A stretch of 64,000 nucleotides of DNA from Alphaproteobacteria bacterium (lineage in GTDB: Bacteria; Pseudomonadota; Alphaproteobacteria; MPNO01): positions 2,304,001 through 2,368,000 of the forward strand of contig CBDFLJ010000002.1 of the NCBI GenBank assembly GCA_965248835.1. Reading direction: 5' to 3'. Positions 10,741-19,833 of the stretch are shown here, one piece after another. The notes under the pieces are model-generated. The model was not told where the DNA came from. It searched no databases and saw only the letters and a list, made by a program, of their open reading frames with translations. Within the stretch, counting starts at the first letter, position 1. Each line of letters opens with the position of its first letter. Position numbers and translations under genes: made by a program.

Positions 10741-11379
10741 TCAGGATACTGACCGAGAGTTGGCCTTTTGGTATTCGACCGGGCGTCGAGCAACCACGTT
10801 TCCTCCCGCATCGTGCACGATGTCGGCGAGCTGGCACTTCACTAGATGGCCAATCTTGACCTTGGCCTTCTCGGATGCGGCGTCTGTCAGTTCAGCGCTG
10901 TGCTGCCGCCTGGGGGGAGTGATGACTCTTACTGGTTTGGACAACTGGCTCTCCAGGACTCGTATCGCCGGCGCCAAATCGGAATCCTGAGAGATCAGCA
11001 GGGCGCGATCGTATTCGGCCTTGATAGCTCGCGAGAGCATCGCGACCGCTATGTTGACGTCAGTCTCCTTTTCCTCGTGCGCTTTCCATTGATGACCGCA
11101 CTTGAGGCACTTGCGGTCCTTCTCCTTGAATTTCCCGAGAATGACGGTGACACCCGCTGCTTGCAGTGCGCGCACATACGTCCGGTGTCTCCTATAGGCG
11201 CCGGGCAGCCAGGTGGCGTAGGCAGAAAAATAGTAGACATCGGTAAGCAACTGCGTGCGCCGGAGCACGAACGCATCGGATAGAGCCCACAGATCAAGCC
11301 ATTTCAGATGTGGTGCTCTGAGATTGAGAATGGCGTGATACAGGTTGAAGCCATCGATGAAGGCAGCTACGCGCTCCAC
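10741..11379 (-). CDS. NYN (LabA/DUF88, PIN-like) domain ribonuclease with CxxC insert
   Basis: AFIDGFNLYH, EEKETDVNIA, LISQDSDLAP motifs; CLKCGH. Confidence 0.9.
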   Translation of the reverse strand: MERVAAFIDGFNLYHAILNLRAPHLKWLDLWALSDAFVLRRTQLLTDVYYFSAYATWLPGAYRRHRTYVRALQAAGVTVILGKFKEKDRKCLKCGHQWKAHEEKETDVNIAVAMLSRAIKAEYDRALLISQDSDLAPAIRVLESQLSKPVRVITPPRRQHSAELTDAASEKAKVKIGHLVKCQLADIVHDAGGNVVARRPVEYQKANSRSVS

Positions 11380-11391
11380 AGCACTACTTCC

Positions 11392-11449
11392 AAAAAAGAG
11401 AAACCCCACGAGCCGGAACCCGTGGGGTCCGCACGGCCGTACCGTGCGG
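11392..11449 (-). promoter_or_regulatory. Structured leader/putative small RNA: two tandem hairpins plus U-tract upstream of the NYN gene
   Basis: Minus strand CCGCACGG-tacgg-CCGTGCGG, then ACCCCACGGG-ttccgg-CTCGTGGGGT, then TTCTCTTTTTT. Confidence 0.7.
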
Positions 11450-11529
11450 GATGACCAGCGTGTTTATCGTATATTTTTCCGATTTGGGCAAGGGGCCCCT
11501 TCAAACCTCCTAGCCTAGCTCTCCCCTAA

Positions 11530-11850
11530 GAGCGGTTCCGGGAAGTTGAGATTCACGAGCAAGGGCTTGGCCGGGTCAAGCGTCGCAGCATGATGCGGAT
11601 CATGGCGAGGTGGATGAAGGCGACGACAGACCGGACGTGGCGTTCGAAGTCGCGCGCCAGCCGGCGGCAGCGGACGATCCAGGCGAAGCTGCGCTCGACG
11701 ATCCAGCGCTTCGGCAGCACCTCGAAGCGCGGCACGTCGTTGCGCTTGACGATCTCCAGCCGCCAGGCGCCGGTCTTCGCCACCACGGCCGCCATCTTCG
11801 GTCCCTGGTAGCCGCCGTCGGCGTAGATCACCTCGATGAATGGAAAGCGG
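11530..11850 (-). mobile_element. IS5-family (IS1031/IS427-like) transposase C-terminal fragment with right end
   Basis: YADGGYQG, LPKRWIVERSFAW..CRRLARDFE. Confidence 0.85.
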
Positions 11851-11856
11851 CCGCGC

Positions 11857-11970
11857 GCAGTGCTCGCAGCCCACCATGAGCCGGCTGGAGAACGCGCCCT
11901 CGCGGATCGAGGTGGCGCGCATGACGGCCGCTCTGGTCGACATCTTCTGCCGCTCCTTCGCCCGCCCCGC
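11857..11970 (+). mobile_element. IS1380-family transposase internal fragment
   Basis: CSQPTMSRLENAP, also present in the IS1380 fragment at 39835-40334. Confidence 0.75.
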
Positions 11971-12027
11971 GAGCGGCCGATCGCCTGGATCTCGGCCCCC
12001 CTTTTCCGCATCCAGGCCGTCACGGCC

Positions 12028-12388
12028 TCACGCGGCGCGCGGCGCGACCTCGCGCTCGATCCTGCGGCGCACGGTGCGTTCGGCCACGTCGAGATCGTAG
12101 CGGGTCTGCAGGTTGATCCAGAAATCCGGCGTCGTGCCGAAGTAGCGCCCGAGCCTGAGCGCGGTATCGGTGGTGACGGCGCGGCGCCCGCGGACGACGT
12201 CGTTCAGCCGCGGCCGCGACACCTTGATCGCCTTGGCGAGGCCGTAGACGCTGATCTCCAGCGGGGCCAGGAACGCGTCGCGCAAGATCTCGCCCGGATG
12301 GACCGGCGGCAGGCGCCGTCCGGTTACGACGTCGGAGAAATCGACGTTGCGGCTGTCGATGTCCTCGCGCTTGATGGTCATGGTCACG
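12028..12388 (-). CDS. higA: HigA-family antitoxin
   Basis: VHPGEIL, DTALRLGRYFGTTPDFWINLQTRYDL. Confidence 0.9.
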
Positions 12389-12392
12389 CTCC

Positions 12393-12674
12393 TCAATGAT
12401 AGTCGACGATCTCGACGTCCCAGGCCTCGCCGTCGCGCCACGTGAAACAGATGCGCCATTGATCGTTGACGCGGATGCCATGCCGGCCTTGGCGGTTGCC
12501 CCGCAGCGCTTCAAGCCGATTGCCTGGCGGCACGCGAAGATCGTCGAGTCGCCCGGCCGCATCGATCATCAGGAGCTTGGCCCTAGCCCGCCGCTGGATC
12601 TGCGCCGCCAAGCCGCGCACGGCGTACCCGGCGAATATGGCAGCGGTACGCTTGTCGGCGAAGCTTTTGATCAC
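12393..12674 (-). CDS. higB: HigB (RelE/ParE superfamily) toxin
   Basis: LRVPPGNRLEALRG..GIRVNDQWRICF..VEIVDYH. Confidence 0.92.
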   Translation of the reverse strand: MIKSFADKRTAAIFAGYAVRGLAAQIQRRARAKLLMIDAAGRLDDLRVPPGNRLEALRGNRQGRHGIRVNDQWRICFTWRDGEAWDVEIVDYH

Positions 12675-12679
12675 GCTTC

Positions 12680-12708
12680 ATCGTAACGCCAACCATTACG
12701 CCGGTCAA
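12680..12708 (-). promoter_or_regulatory. Sigma70 promoter with overlapping operator palindrome for higBA
   Basis: Minus strand TTGACC-17 nt-TACGAT, 5 nt before GTG; CGTAA...TTACG palindrome. Confidence 0.7.
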
Positions 12709-12837
12709 CGTTCTCGTATCGGAAGTCGGTACGTATCGGATATCGGTACGGTAGGAACCCACTTCGACACCGCTCACTGTACGACGGTCCCCTGGTCCAG
12801 AGACGACGAGGACTTCAAGAAAACAGTGATCGCCACA

Positions 12838-13223
12838 GAACTATGCCGAAAGTTGGTGATGGGCCGATCAGGCGGCGCGTTGGATTTGCTTGAGTCCGTC
12901 CTTGAACGTCACTCCCTGGATGAGCTTGGCGCGGTGGTTCGAGCCATCGAGCTTGCACCATTTCCGGCGGGCGCTCGACAGCAGCTTGAAGACCATGGCG
13001 AGCGCCGTTTTGCGCGACAGGCAGCCCTTGATCCCGGTGGTTCTCAGCCGCACCGTGGCGAAGGAACTTTCAATCGGATCATCGAAACCCGGTCTGGATG
13101 CAAAACGAAACAACCCCTTCTTCATACATGGCGTATCCTTCCTTCTTGGATATCGGCGACCTCGACAATCGCCGGGGGCCGCCGCCTTCACATCACGCCG
13201 TCACCAGGATCCAGCCATAGCTC
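12838..13223 (-). mobile_element. Internally deleted IS256-family element retaining both ends
   Basis: Imperfect IRs gaactatgccgaaagttggtga / tcaccaggatccagccatagctc; fused ORF ..FDDP|IESSFATVRLRT..VTFKDG. Confidence 0.75.
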
Positions 13224-13345
13224 CGCGCGTCGCGCTTGCCGGGAGACGGCGGGTCATGGTACGCGGGCCACACGCGCGGACGATCCCGATCCGGCCCTGT
13301 TTCGCACGCTGGATGGACAGCGCGGACGGTGCGAAGGAGGAGGCC

Positions 13346-14704
13346 ATGTCAGCCGAGAAGACCTCGCGCGCCGCGCCGTCGTCTTCGGACGACGGCAACG
13401 GCCGGCCGGCCGACGCGCGCCAGCCCATAGCCGATTACCGCAGCCGGACCATCGGCAATCACACGCTGCATCCCGAGACCCAGATGATGCGCTACGGCTA
13501 CGCCCCGGAGCTTTCCGAGGGCGCGGTCAAGGCGCCGGTGTTTCTCACCTCGACATTCGTGTTCCAGAGCGCCGAGGAAGGCCGTGCGCTGTTCGACCTG
13601 ACCGCCGGGCGGAGCAAGCCCCGGCACAGCGACGAGTCCTCCCTGGTCTATTCCCGCTTCAACAACCCGAACTTCGAGATGCTCGAGGACCGCGTCGCGC
13701 TCTACGAGGGCGCCGAGGCCGCCTGTGCCTTCGCCAGCGGCATGGCGGCGATCTCGACGTTGTTCTGGGCGTTCCTCCGGCCGGGCGATGTCGTCCTCCA
13801 TTCGACACCGCTGTATGGCGGCACCGAAACGCTGATCCTGAACACGCTGACGGAATACGGCATCGTGTCGGTCTCCTGTGCGGACGCGATGGACCGCGCC
13901 GCGGTCATGGCCGCCGCCGACGCCGCGGCGGCCAAGGGTCCGGTTTCGCTGGTCTTCGCCGAAACGCCGGCCAACCCCACCAACAGCCTCGTCGATCTCG
14001 GCCTGTTCACCGAGGCGGTGAAGCGGATCGAGGCCGCACAAGGCAAGCGGCCGGTGTTCGCGGTCGACAACACGCTGCTGGGGCCGCTCTACCAGAAGCC
14101 GCTCGCCCACGGCGCCGATGTGGTCATCTACTCGCTCACCAAGTATGTCGGCGGTCACAGCGATCTGATCGCCGGCGGCGCCGCCGGCTGCCGGCCGATG
14201 ATCGACGCCATGCGCCGCATGCGCGGCGCGCTCGGCACGCAGCTCGATGCCCATAGCTGCTGGATGCTGCTCCGCTCGATCGAGACCCTCTCGCTGAGGA
14301 TGGACAAAGCGAGCCGCAACGCCGATGCCGTGGCACGGTTTCTCCGCGAACATCCCAAGGTCGAGGCGGTGAACCATCTCGGCCTGATCGACGAATCCGA
14401 CCCGCGGCACGCGGTCTACCGACGGCAATGCGAAGGCTCGGGCTCGACCTTCTCCTTCATCGTCACCGGCGGCGAGCGCGCGGCGTTCGACCTGCTCAAC
14501 AAGCTCCGCGTGATCAAGCTTGCCGTGAGCCTCGGCGGCACCGAGAGCCTCGCCTGCCATCCGGCATCGACGACCCATTCCGGCGTCGCCGAGGAGACCC
14601 GCCGCGCCATCGGCATCACGTCGGGCCTGGTCCGCCTGTCCGTCGGCATCGAGCACCCGGACGACCTGATTGCCGATCTCGACCTGGCGCTCGCCGCCCT
14701 CTGA
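13346..14704 (+). CDS. Cystathionine gamma-synthase / methionine gamma-lyase family PLP enzyme
   Basis: YSRFNNPN, FASGMAAI, ETPANPT, SLTKYVGGHSD, VSLGGTESL; GGAGG RBS. Confidence 0.93.
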   Translation: MSAEKTSRAAPSSSDDGNGRPADARQPIADYRSRTIGNHTLHPETQMMRYGYAPELSEGAVKAPVFLTSTFVFQSAEEGRALFDLTAGRSKPRHSDESSLVYSRFNNPNFEMLEDRVALYEGAEAACAFASGMAAISTLFWAFLRPGDVVLHSTPLYGGTETLILNTLTEYGIVSVSCADAMDRAAVMAAADAAAAKGPVSLVFAETPANPTNSLVDLGLFTEAVKRIEAAQGKRPVFAVDNTLLGPLYQKPLAHGADVVIYSLTKYVGGHSDLIAGGAAGCRPMIDAMRRMRGALGTQLDAHSCWMLLRSIETLSLRMDKASRNADAVARFLREHPKVEAVNHLGLIDESDPRHAVYRRQCEGSGSTFSFIVTGGERAAFDLLNKLRVIKLAVSLGGTESLACHPASTTHSGVAEETRRAIGITSGLVRLSVGIEHPDDLIADLDLALAAL

Positions 14705-14766
14705 TCGGCGTCGACGGCGCGCCGCGCCCGGCCATTCCGGCCAGACGATCGCAGACGCCCCCGGCG

Positions 14767-14899
14767 TCGGCCGCCGCCCATCCCGTCCGCGCGATGACCC
14801 TGCGATGGCGACGGGTCGGCGCGCCCCTCACGACGGCGAAGGCCCGCTTCACCGTCCACCGTCTCCGATCGGCACGGCGCGCAACCCGAGCAAGGCGCT
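14767..14899. repeat. ~130 bp dispersed repeat, copy 1
   Basis: Highly similar to 18642-18773, same orientation. Confidence 0.9.
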
Positions 14900-14923
14900 G
14901 ATCTGAGCCGGCGCCCGTCGCGA

Positions 14924-16420
14924 TCAGCCGGCAAGCGGGAACGACCACGGGCTCGCCTCCTCGGCGGTCCGTTCGGCAACGTCCCAGTTCCGCCATCCGC
15001 CCCACAGCCGCTCGGCATCCTCTTGGCCGAACCGGTGGACTGCCGCCATGTCGACACCATCGACCCGGCCGCCCTCGACACGCGTGATCCCGTCGACAAT
15101 GACGGTATCGACGTCGTCGCCAACGCCGACGTCAACCAAGCTCTTGATCGGGTCGCGCACCGGACCGAAGCGCAACGTGCCGCGGCCGGAGATGTCGATA
15201 ATCGCAATATCGGCCTTGGCGCCCTGCGCGAGCCGGCCGAGATCGTCGCGGCCGAGGACGCGGCTGGCGTTGAGAGTGGCGGCCTCGAACACTTCGGCCG
15301 CCGTTGCCTCGAGGAAGCTCCCGCTCATGATTTTGCCGACCAACGAAGCGCACCGCATGTTCATGATCATGTCGCGCGGAAAGGTGTCGCTGCCGAGCGC
15401 GAGGTTGACGCCCGCCTTCTTGTAAGTTGCCCAGCTGTCGAGGCAGCGGCCCCGCCGGGCGAGGTTGATTGGGCAATGCGACACCGTCGCGCCGCCCTTG
15501 GCCATCAGCTCGAGGTCGCGCCCGGCCGGGTAGTTCATGCGCGGATTCTCGGCGACGAAATTGCCGTGCCCGATCAGCACGTCGGATGCGCAGAGCCCGA
15601 CCGAGTCCAGCAGCTCGATCGGTGTCATACCGTGCTCGGTCACGATCTGGAAGAACTCGACCACGTTGTACGCCGCGTGGATCGAAATCGGCACGCCGAG
15701 CGAGTCCGCCGCCTTGCGGGTCTCGCGCAGCAGCTCCAGGGACATCAATTCGGTGGTGAACGGGATCAGAATCCCGCGGATGCGCCCGTTGCCCGCGCCG
15801 GCGTGCTCGCCGATGAAGTCGATCGCTGCCTGCAACCCGCGTCGCCCCTTCTCCTCGTCCCAGGCGCGCACCAGACGGCCGTCTTTCTCGCCCACCCAGT
15901 CGGCGGAGGCGTAGGCCGGCGCCAGATAGGCGCGGATGCCGAGTCGCTCCGATTCGGCGAGCAGCGCCTCCTGCATCGGCAGCTGTGCGCCGAAATCCAT
16001 GAAGGTCGTCGTGCCGTTGCGCAGCAGCTCAGCGATCGTATACGTCGCCGCATCGATACGGCGCCGGCCGGCCACCTCGTCCTCGTCCGCCCGCTTGACC
16101 CAGTCGCCGGCATCGCCACCGTGGGGGCGGCCGCGGCGGGCCGGCAGGGTCTCGAAGAAGGGCTGGCCGAAATACTCGGGCCGCCCGGCATCGGTGATCA
16201 GCCGATGGGCGGCGCGGTGGCCGGAATGGATGTGCGTGTCGATGAAGCCGGGTGAAACCAGCTTGGAAGTCGCATCGATCTCGCGGTCGACGTGGCCGTC
16301 GTAGTCCGCGCCGACATGGACGATCGTTTCGTCCTCGTAGACCACCACCCCGTCACGGATCAGCGTATGTGTGGCACCGGAATGCCCAACCACCCAACCG
16401 CCACGAATGAGCGTCCGCAT
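14924..16420 (-). CDS. Amidohydrolase family protein (chlorohydrolase/AtzA-SsnA-like)
   Basis: PGFIDTHIH, IHAA, HCP, LGSD, GRLAQGAKADIA. Confidence 0.9.
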   Translation of the reverse strand: MRTLIRGGWVVGHSGATHTLIRDGVVVYEDETIVHVGADYDGHVDREIDATSKLVSPGFIDTHIHSGHRAAHRLITDAGRPEYFGQPFFETLPARRGRPHGGDAGDWVKRADEDEVAGRRRIDAATYTIAELLRNGTTTFMDFGAQLPMQEALLAESERLGIRAYLAPAYASADWVGEKDGRLVRAWDEEKGRRGLQAAIDFIGEHAGAGNGRIRGILIPFTTELMSLELLRETRKAADSLGVPISIHAAYNVVEFFQIVTEHGMTPIELLDSVGLCASDVLIGHGNFVAENPRMNYPAGRDLELMAKGGATVSHCPINLARRGRCLDSWATYKKAGVNLALGSDTFPRDMIMNMRCASLVGKIMSGSFLEATAAEVFEAATLNASRVLGRDDLGRLAQGAKADIAIIDISGRGTLRFGPVRDPIKSLVDVGVGDDVDTVIVDGITRVEGGRVDGVDMAAVHRFGQEDAERLWGGWRNWDVAERTAEEASPWSFPLAG

Positions 16421-16837
16421 TTGATTCTCCCTTGGCCGTCGCGTTCGCGTACGAGGCAGCGCCGAGATCGTTTGGTGCAACTCCCCCCGCTATCTCCTGC
16501 CCACGTCGAACTATGAACGCCTCGATCCAAACATGACAAGCCGACAACTGAAATAACTAATGTCAGGTTCGGACATTCCAGCGTCGGCTGTTCATACAAT
16601 TCCAGACGTTGAGCGGATGTCGCCGAACTTCGTTGATCAGGCAGGGTAGTCCCATCCGAGACACTGACGGCTATGACGAGTCCTAAAGGTAAGCCTAAAG
16701 GTTTAGGTGCTGACGATTATCCGTTTGAGAGATCATAGGCTTTGATCTTTTCCTAACGATTTACCAAGTCCGTCATCTGATTTTGCTAATCAGCTCCTTC
16801 TTGGTCTTCTCCAGTTCATCTTGAATGGCACCAACCA

Positions 16838-17980
16838 CTAGTGGATAAAATCTAACAGACGATTCCCTTGTCCGAGCGTATGTGCGAGTCTGCGGGCATG
16901 CGCACAGGGATTACCTTCGAGGTTTGCGTCGCCGACCGTGCTCGTCTGGAAGCGGTCGTGGCGGACAGGAACAGCCCGCAGAAGCATGTCTGGCGGGCCG
17001 GGATCATTTTGGCCACGGCTGCCGGCGCGGGGACGGTCGAGATCATGCGCCGGACCGGGAAGTCGAAGCCTTGCGTCTGGCGGTGGCAGGAACGGTTCAT
17101 GGCCGAGGGCGTCGATGGCCTGCTGCGGGACAAGACCCGGCCTTCGCGCATTCCGCCGCTCGAACCCGGTGTCGCCTTGCGCATCGTCGATCTGACCCTG
17201 ACCGATCCGCCCGCCGAGGCGACCCACTGGACGGCCGCCATGATGGCCGGGAAGCTCGGCGTTTCCGTCTCTTCCGTGCAACGCATTTGGCGCGCCCACG
17301 GGCTCCAGCCTCATCGGGTGCGCCAGTTCAAGCTCTCCAAAGACGCCAACTTCGCCGACAAGCTGCGCGACGTTGTCGGGCTCTATGTCGACCCGCCCGC
17401 CCATGCCATCGTGCTCAGTGTCGACGAAAAGAGCCAGATCCAGGCCCTCGATCGCACGCAGCCCGGCCTGCCGCTAAAGAAGGGCCGCGCCGGAACGATG
17501 ACCCACGATTACAAGCGGCATGGCACGACCACGCTGTTCGCCGCCCTGAACGTCCTCGACGGCACGGTCATCGGCCGCAACATGCAGCGTCATCGCCATC
17601 AAGAATTCATCCGCTTCCTCAACACGGTCGAGGCCGGAACGCCCGCCGGCACGGTCATCCATGCCATTCTCGACAACTACGCCGTCCACAAGCACCCCAA
17701 GGTCCGACGCTGGCTCGACCGTCATCCGCGCTGGACCTTTCACTTCACACCGACTTCCTGTTCCTGGCTCAACGCCGTGGAAGGCTTCTTCGCAAAACTC
17801 GCCAAGCGCCGGCTCAAACGCGGCGTCTTCCACTCCGTCGTTGACCTTCAAGCCGCCATCAACCGTTTCGTCGCCGAGCATAACGCCAGCGAGGCCAAGC
17901 CATTTCGCTGGACCGCGGACCCGGACAAAATCATCTCCGCCGTCAAACGCGGGCATCAAGCGTTAGATTCCATCCACTAG
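16838..17980 (+). mobile_element. Intact IS630-family element
   Basis: Ends ctagtggataaaatctaac / gttagattccatccactag (17/19 inverted match); CTAG/TA at both ends. Confidence 0.93.
16898..17980 (+). CDS. IS630-family transposase
   Basis: VDEKSQIQAL, THDYKRHGTT, ILDNYAVH, SWLNAVEGFF. Confidence 0.95.
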   Translation: MRTGITFEVCVADRARLEAVVADRNSPQKHVWRAGIILATAAGAGTVEIMRRTGKSKPCVWRWQERFMAEGVDGLLRDKTRPSRIPPLEPGVALRIVDLTLTDPPAEATHWTAAMMAGKLGVSVSSVQRIWRAHGLQPHRVRQFKLSKDANFADKLRDVVGLYVDPPAHAIVLSVDEKSQIQALDRTQPGLPLKKGRAGTMTHDYKRHGTTTLFAALNVLDGTVIGRNMQRHRHQEFIRFLNTVEAGTPAGTVIHAILDNYAVHKHPKVRRWLDRHPRWTFHFTPTSCSWLNAVEGFFAKLAKRRLKRGVFHSVVDLQAAINRFVAEHNASEAKPFRWTADPDKIISAVKRGHQALDSIH

Positions 17981-18155
17981 GAGTTTCCTATAAGGGTCTT
18001 TCTCCTTCTCGTATTCTTGTATGAGTGTTTTTACCTTCGTCATATTCGTATTTATGGTTTACTAAAAAGATAAAACTAACCGTTCCTTTCTAAACGCCCC
18101 TCTACTGGTCGCAACAAACATCTGTCCAGCTATTATTATGTAACAGTAATGATGG

Positions 18156-18439
18156 TTGATGATAACGGATGGACTGATGACTCGGTGGATTGAGAAGACA
18201 CACGACTCCCTTACTCCTGATTTGTTGAAGCCTGAATACCGTGCTGCGAATGAAAATAACCCTTTGTTTGGTCATTGTTATGTCGCATCTGAAAACTTGT
18301 TCCACTTGATGGATTCATCAGAGGTGAAGCCTTGTTGTGGTCGAGATGACGATGGAGCCGTTCATTGGTGGTTGGAATATCGGAAGTCTGGAAAACGGAT
18401 TGATGTTACAGCTGATCAGTATGTTTCTGTTGGAAAAAC
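18156..18439 (+). pseudogene. Phage-like protein with Cys-His-Asp papain/transglutaminase-like motifs, truncated by IS66 end
   Basis: AT-rich; NPLFGHCYVASE...HWWL...IDVTADQY; frame cut at GTAAGCG. Confidence 0.55.
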
Positions 18440-18652
18440 GTAAGCGTCCGGCGTGACCGGCCTTGCGTGATCAGGCGTCAGCTTCGGGCTCTGTCGCCGG
18501 CGCGGTGTTCCATGGCAGCAGTTCGTCGATGCGGTTGATCTTGTAATCGGGGATGCGTTCGAGGACCTCGGCGAGCCAGGCCTGGGGGTCGACGTCGTTG
18601 AGCCTGGCGGTCTCGATCAGTGTGTAGGCGATGGCGGCAGCTCGGCCGCCGC
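18440..18652 (-). mobile_element. IS66-family right end with tnpC C-terminus
   Basis: GTAAGCG terminus; [26 protein letters not shown]. Confidence 0.9.
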
Positions 18653-18773
18653 CCATCCCGTCCGCGCGATGACCCTGCGATGGCAACGGGTCGGCGCGCC
18701 CCTCACGGCGGCGAAAACCCGCTTCACCGTCCACCGTCTCCGACCGGCACGGCGTGCAGCCCGGGCAAGGCGC
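18642..18773. repeat. ~130 bp dispersed repeat, copy 2
   Basis: Similar to 14767-14899; joined to the IS66 fragment through tcggccgccgc microhomology. Confidence 0.9.
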
Positions 18774-18850
18774 TTCCGCCTGCCGGGGCGTTGTTATAGG
18801 CTTCCGGAACGGCGGGCAGAGCGTATCCGGGAAAACACGACAGGGAGGGT

Positions 18851-19807
18851 ATGATGGGCAAATTCCTATCGACGGCATTGGCGGCGGCGGCGGTTGCGGC
18901 CGCGGCGCCCGCGCTGGCGGCCAGCATGATCATCGATCTCACGCATCCGATCCCGACCTTCCAGCCGATGGAAGGCGATCCGATGAAGCCGGATTTGAGC
19001 AAGCCGTGGCTCGACAGCAAGCCGATCCCCAGCTTCGGTCAGCAGGCGGTCTTTTCGCTGGGCCGGTTCCCCACCAACCAGGGGCATTTCGATCTTGGCC
19101 GGATCGTCCTGTCGGAGCATCACGGCACCCATCTCGACACGCCGGGTCACTACGTCAACAATGCCGGCTCCATGGAGGCGGCCGGGACGGCACCGGGCGA
19201 TCGCAAGAACGCCCATCAGCTGACCGCCGCCGACCTGGTCGGGCCGGCCGTGGTGATCGACATTAGCGGGCGGGTTCAAGCCGAGCTCGACAAGAACGGC
19301 GGCAAGCCGAGCCCCGACCGCGCGGTGACGGATTTCTCCAACGGCTCGGCCAACGTGGTGACCGCCGGCGACATCGACGCCGTGGCCGATCGTATCGGCG
19401 ATGGCGTCTTTCTCGTCCTCAACCTCGGCTGGTCGGGCTTCTACTTCCAGGGCACCGACTTCGCCAAGGACCCCTATATCAACGGCTGGAACCATCCGGG
19501 CATGAACAAGGAGGCCGTCGATCGCCTGATCGAGATCATGGAGTCCAAGGGCGTCCGCATCGCCGGCGTCATCGCCGACAATATCGGCATCGACAGCGGC
19601 CAGAGCGCCATCGGCGACGACGACAAGTGGACCAATTCCTGGCACGCCCATGTCCGTCTGTTGCAGCGCCGAGTGCTGTTCGTTGAGAACGCGACCAATC
19701 TGGGGCAGGTGGCGATGGCGAAGGACTGCACGATCGTCATCGGCGCACCGAAGCACGTGCGCGGCACCGGCGGGCCATCGCGGGTGATGGCGATCTGCAA
19801 CGGTTGA
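18851..19807 (+). CDS. Exported cyclase-family (kynurenine formamidase-like) metallohydrolase
   Basis: Signal peptide; IDLTHPI, EHHGTHLDTPGH, FVENATNL, GTGGPSRV. Confidence 0.85.
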   Translation: MMGKFLSTALAAAAVAAAAPALAASMIIDLTHPIPTFQPMEGDPMKPDLSKPWLDSKPIPSFGQQAVFSLGRFPTNQGHFDLGRIVLSEHHGTHLDTPGHYVNNAGSMEAAGTAPGDRKNAHQLTAADLVGPAVVIDISGRVQAELDKNGGKPSPDRAVTDFSNGSANVVTAGDIDAVADRIGDGVFLVLNLGWSGFYFQGTDFAKDPYINGWNHPGMNKEAVDRLIEIMESKGVRIAGVIADNIGIDSGQSAIGDDDKWTNSWHAHVRLLQRRVLFVENATNLGQVAMAKDCTIVIGAPKHVRGTGGPSRVMAICNG

Positions 19808-19833
19808 GCGCCTCGGGGCTGAGCGCCGCGGGC

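Larger units (their letters stand above)
16773..18043 (-). pseudogene. Small AT-rich 43 aa gene interrupted by IS630
   Basis: Joining flanks at CTAG restores MTKVKTLIQEYEKEKDPYRKLLVVGAIQDELEKTKKELISKIR-stop. Confidence 0.65.
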
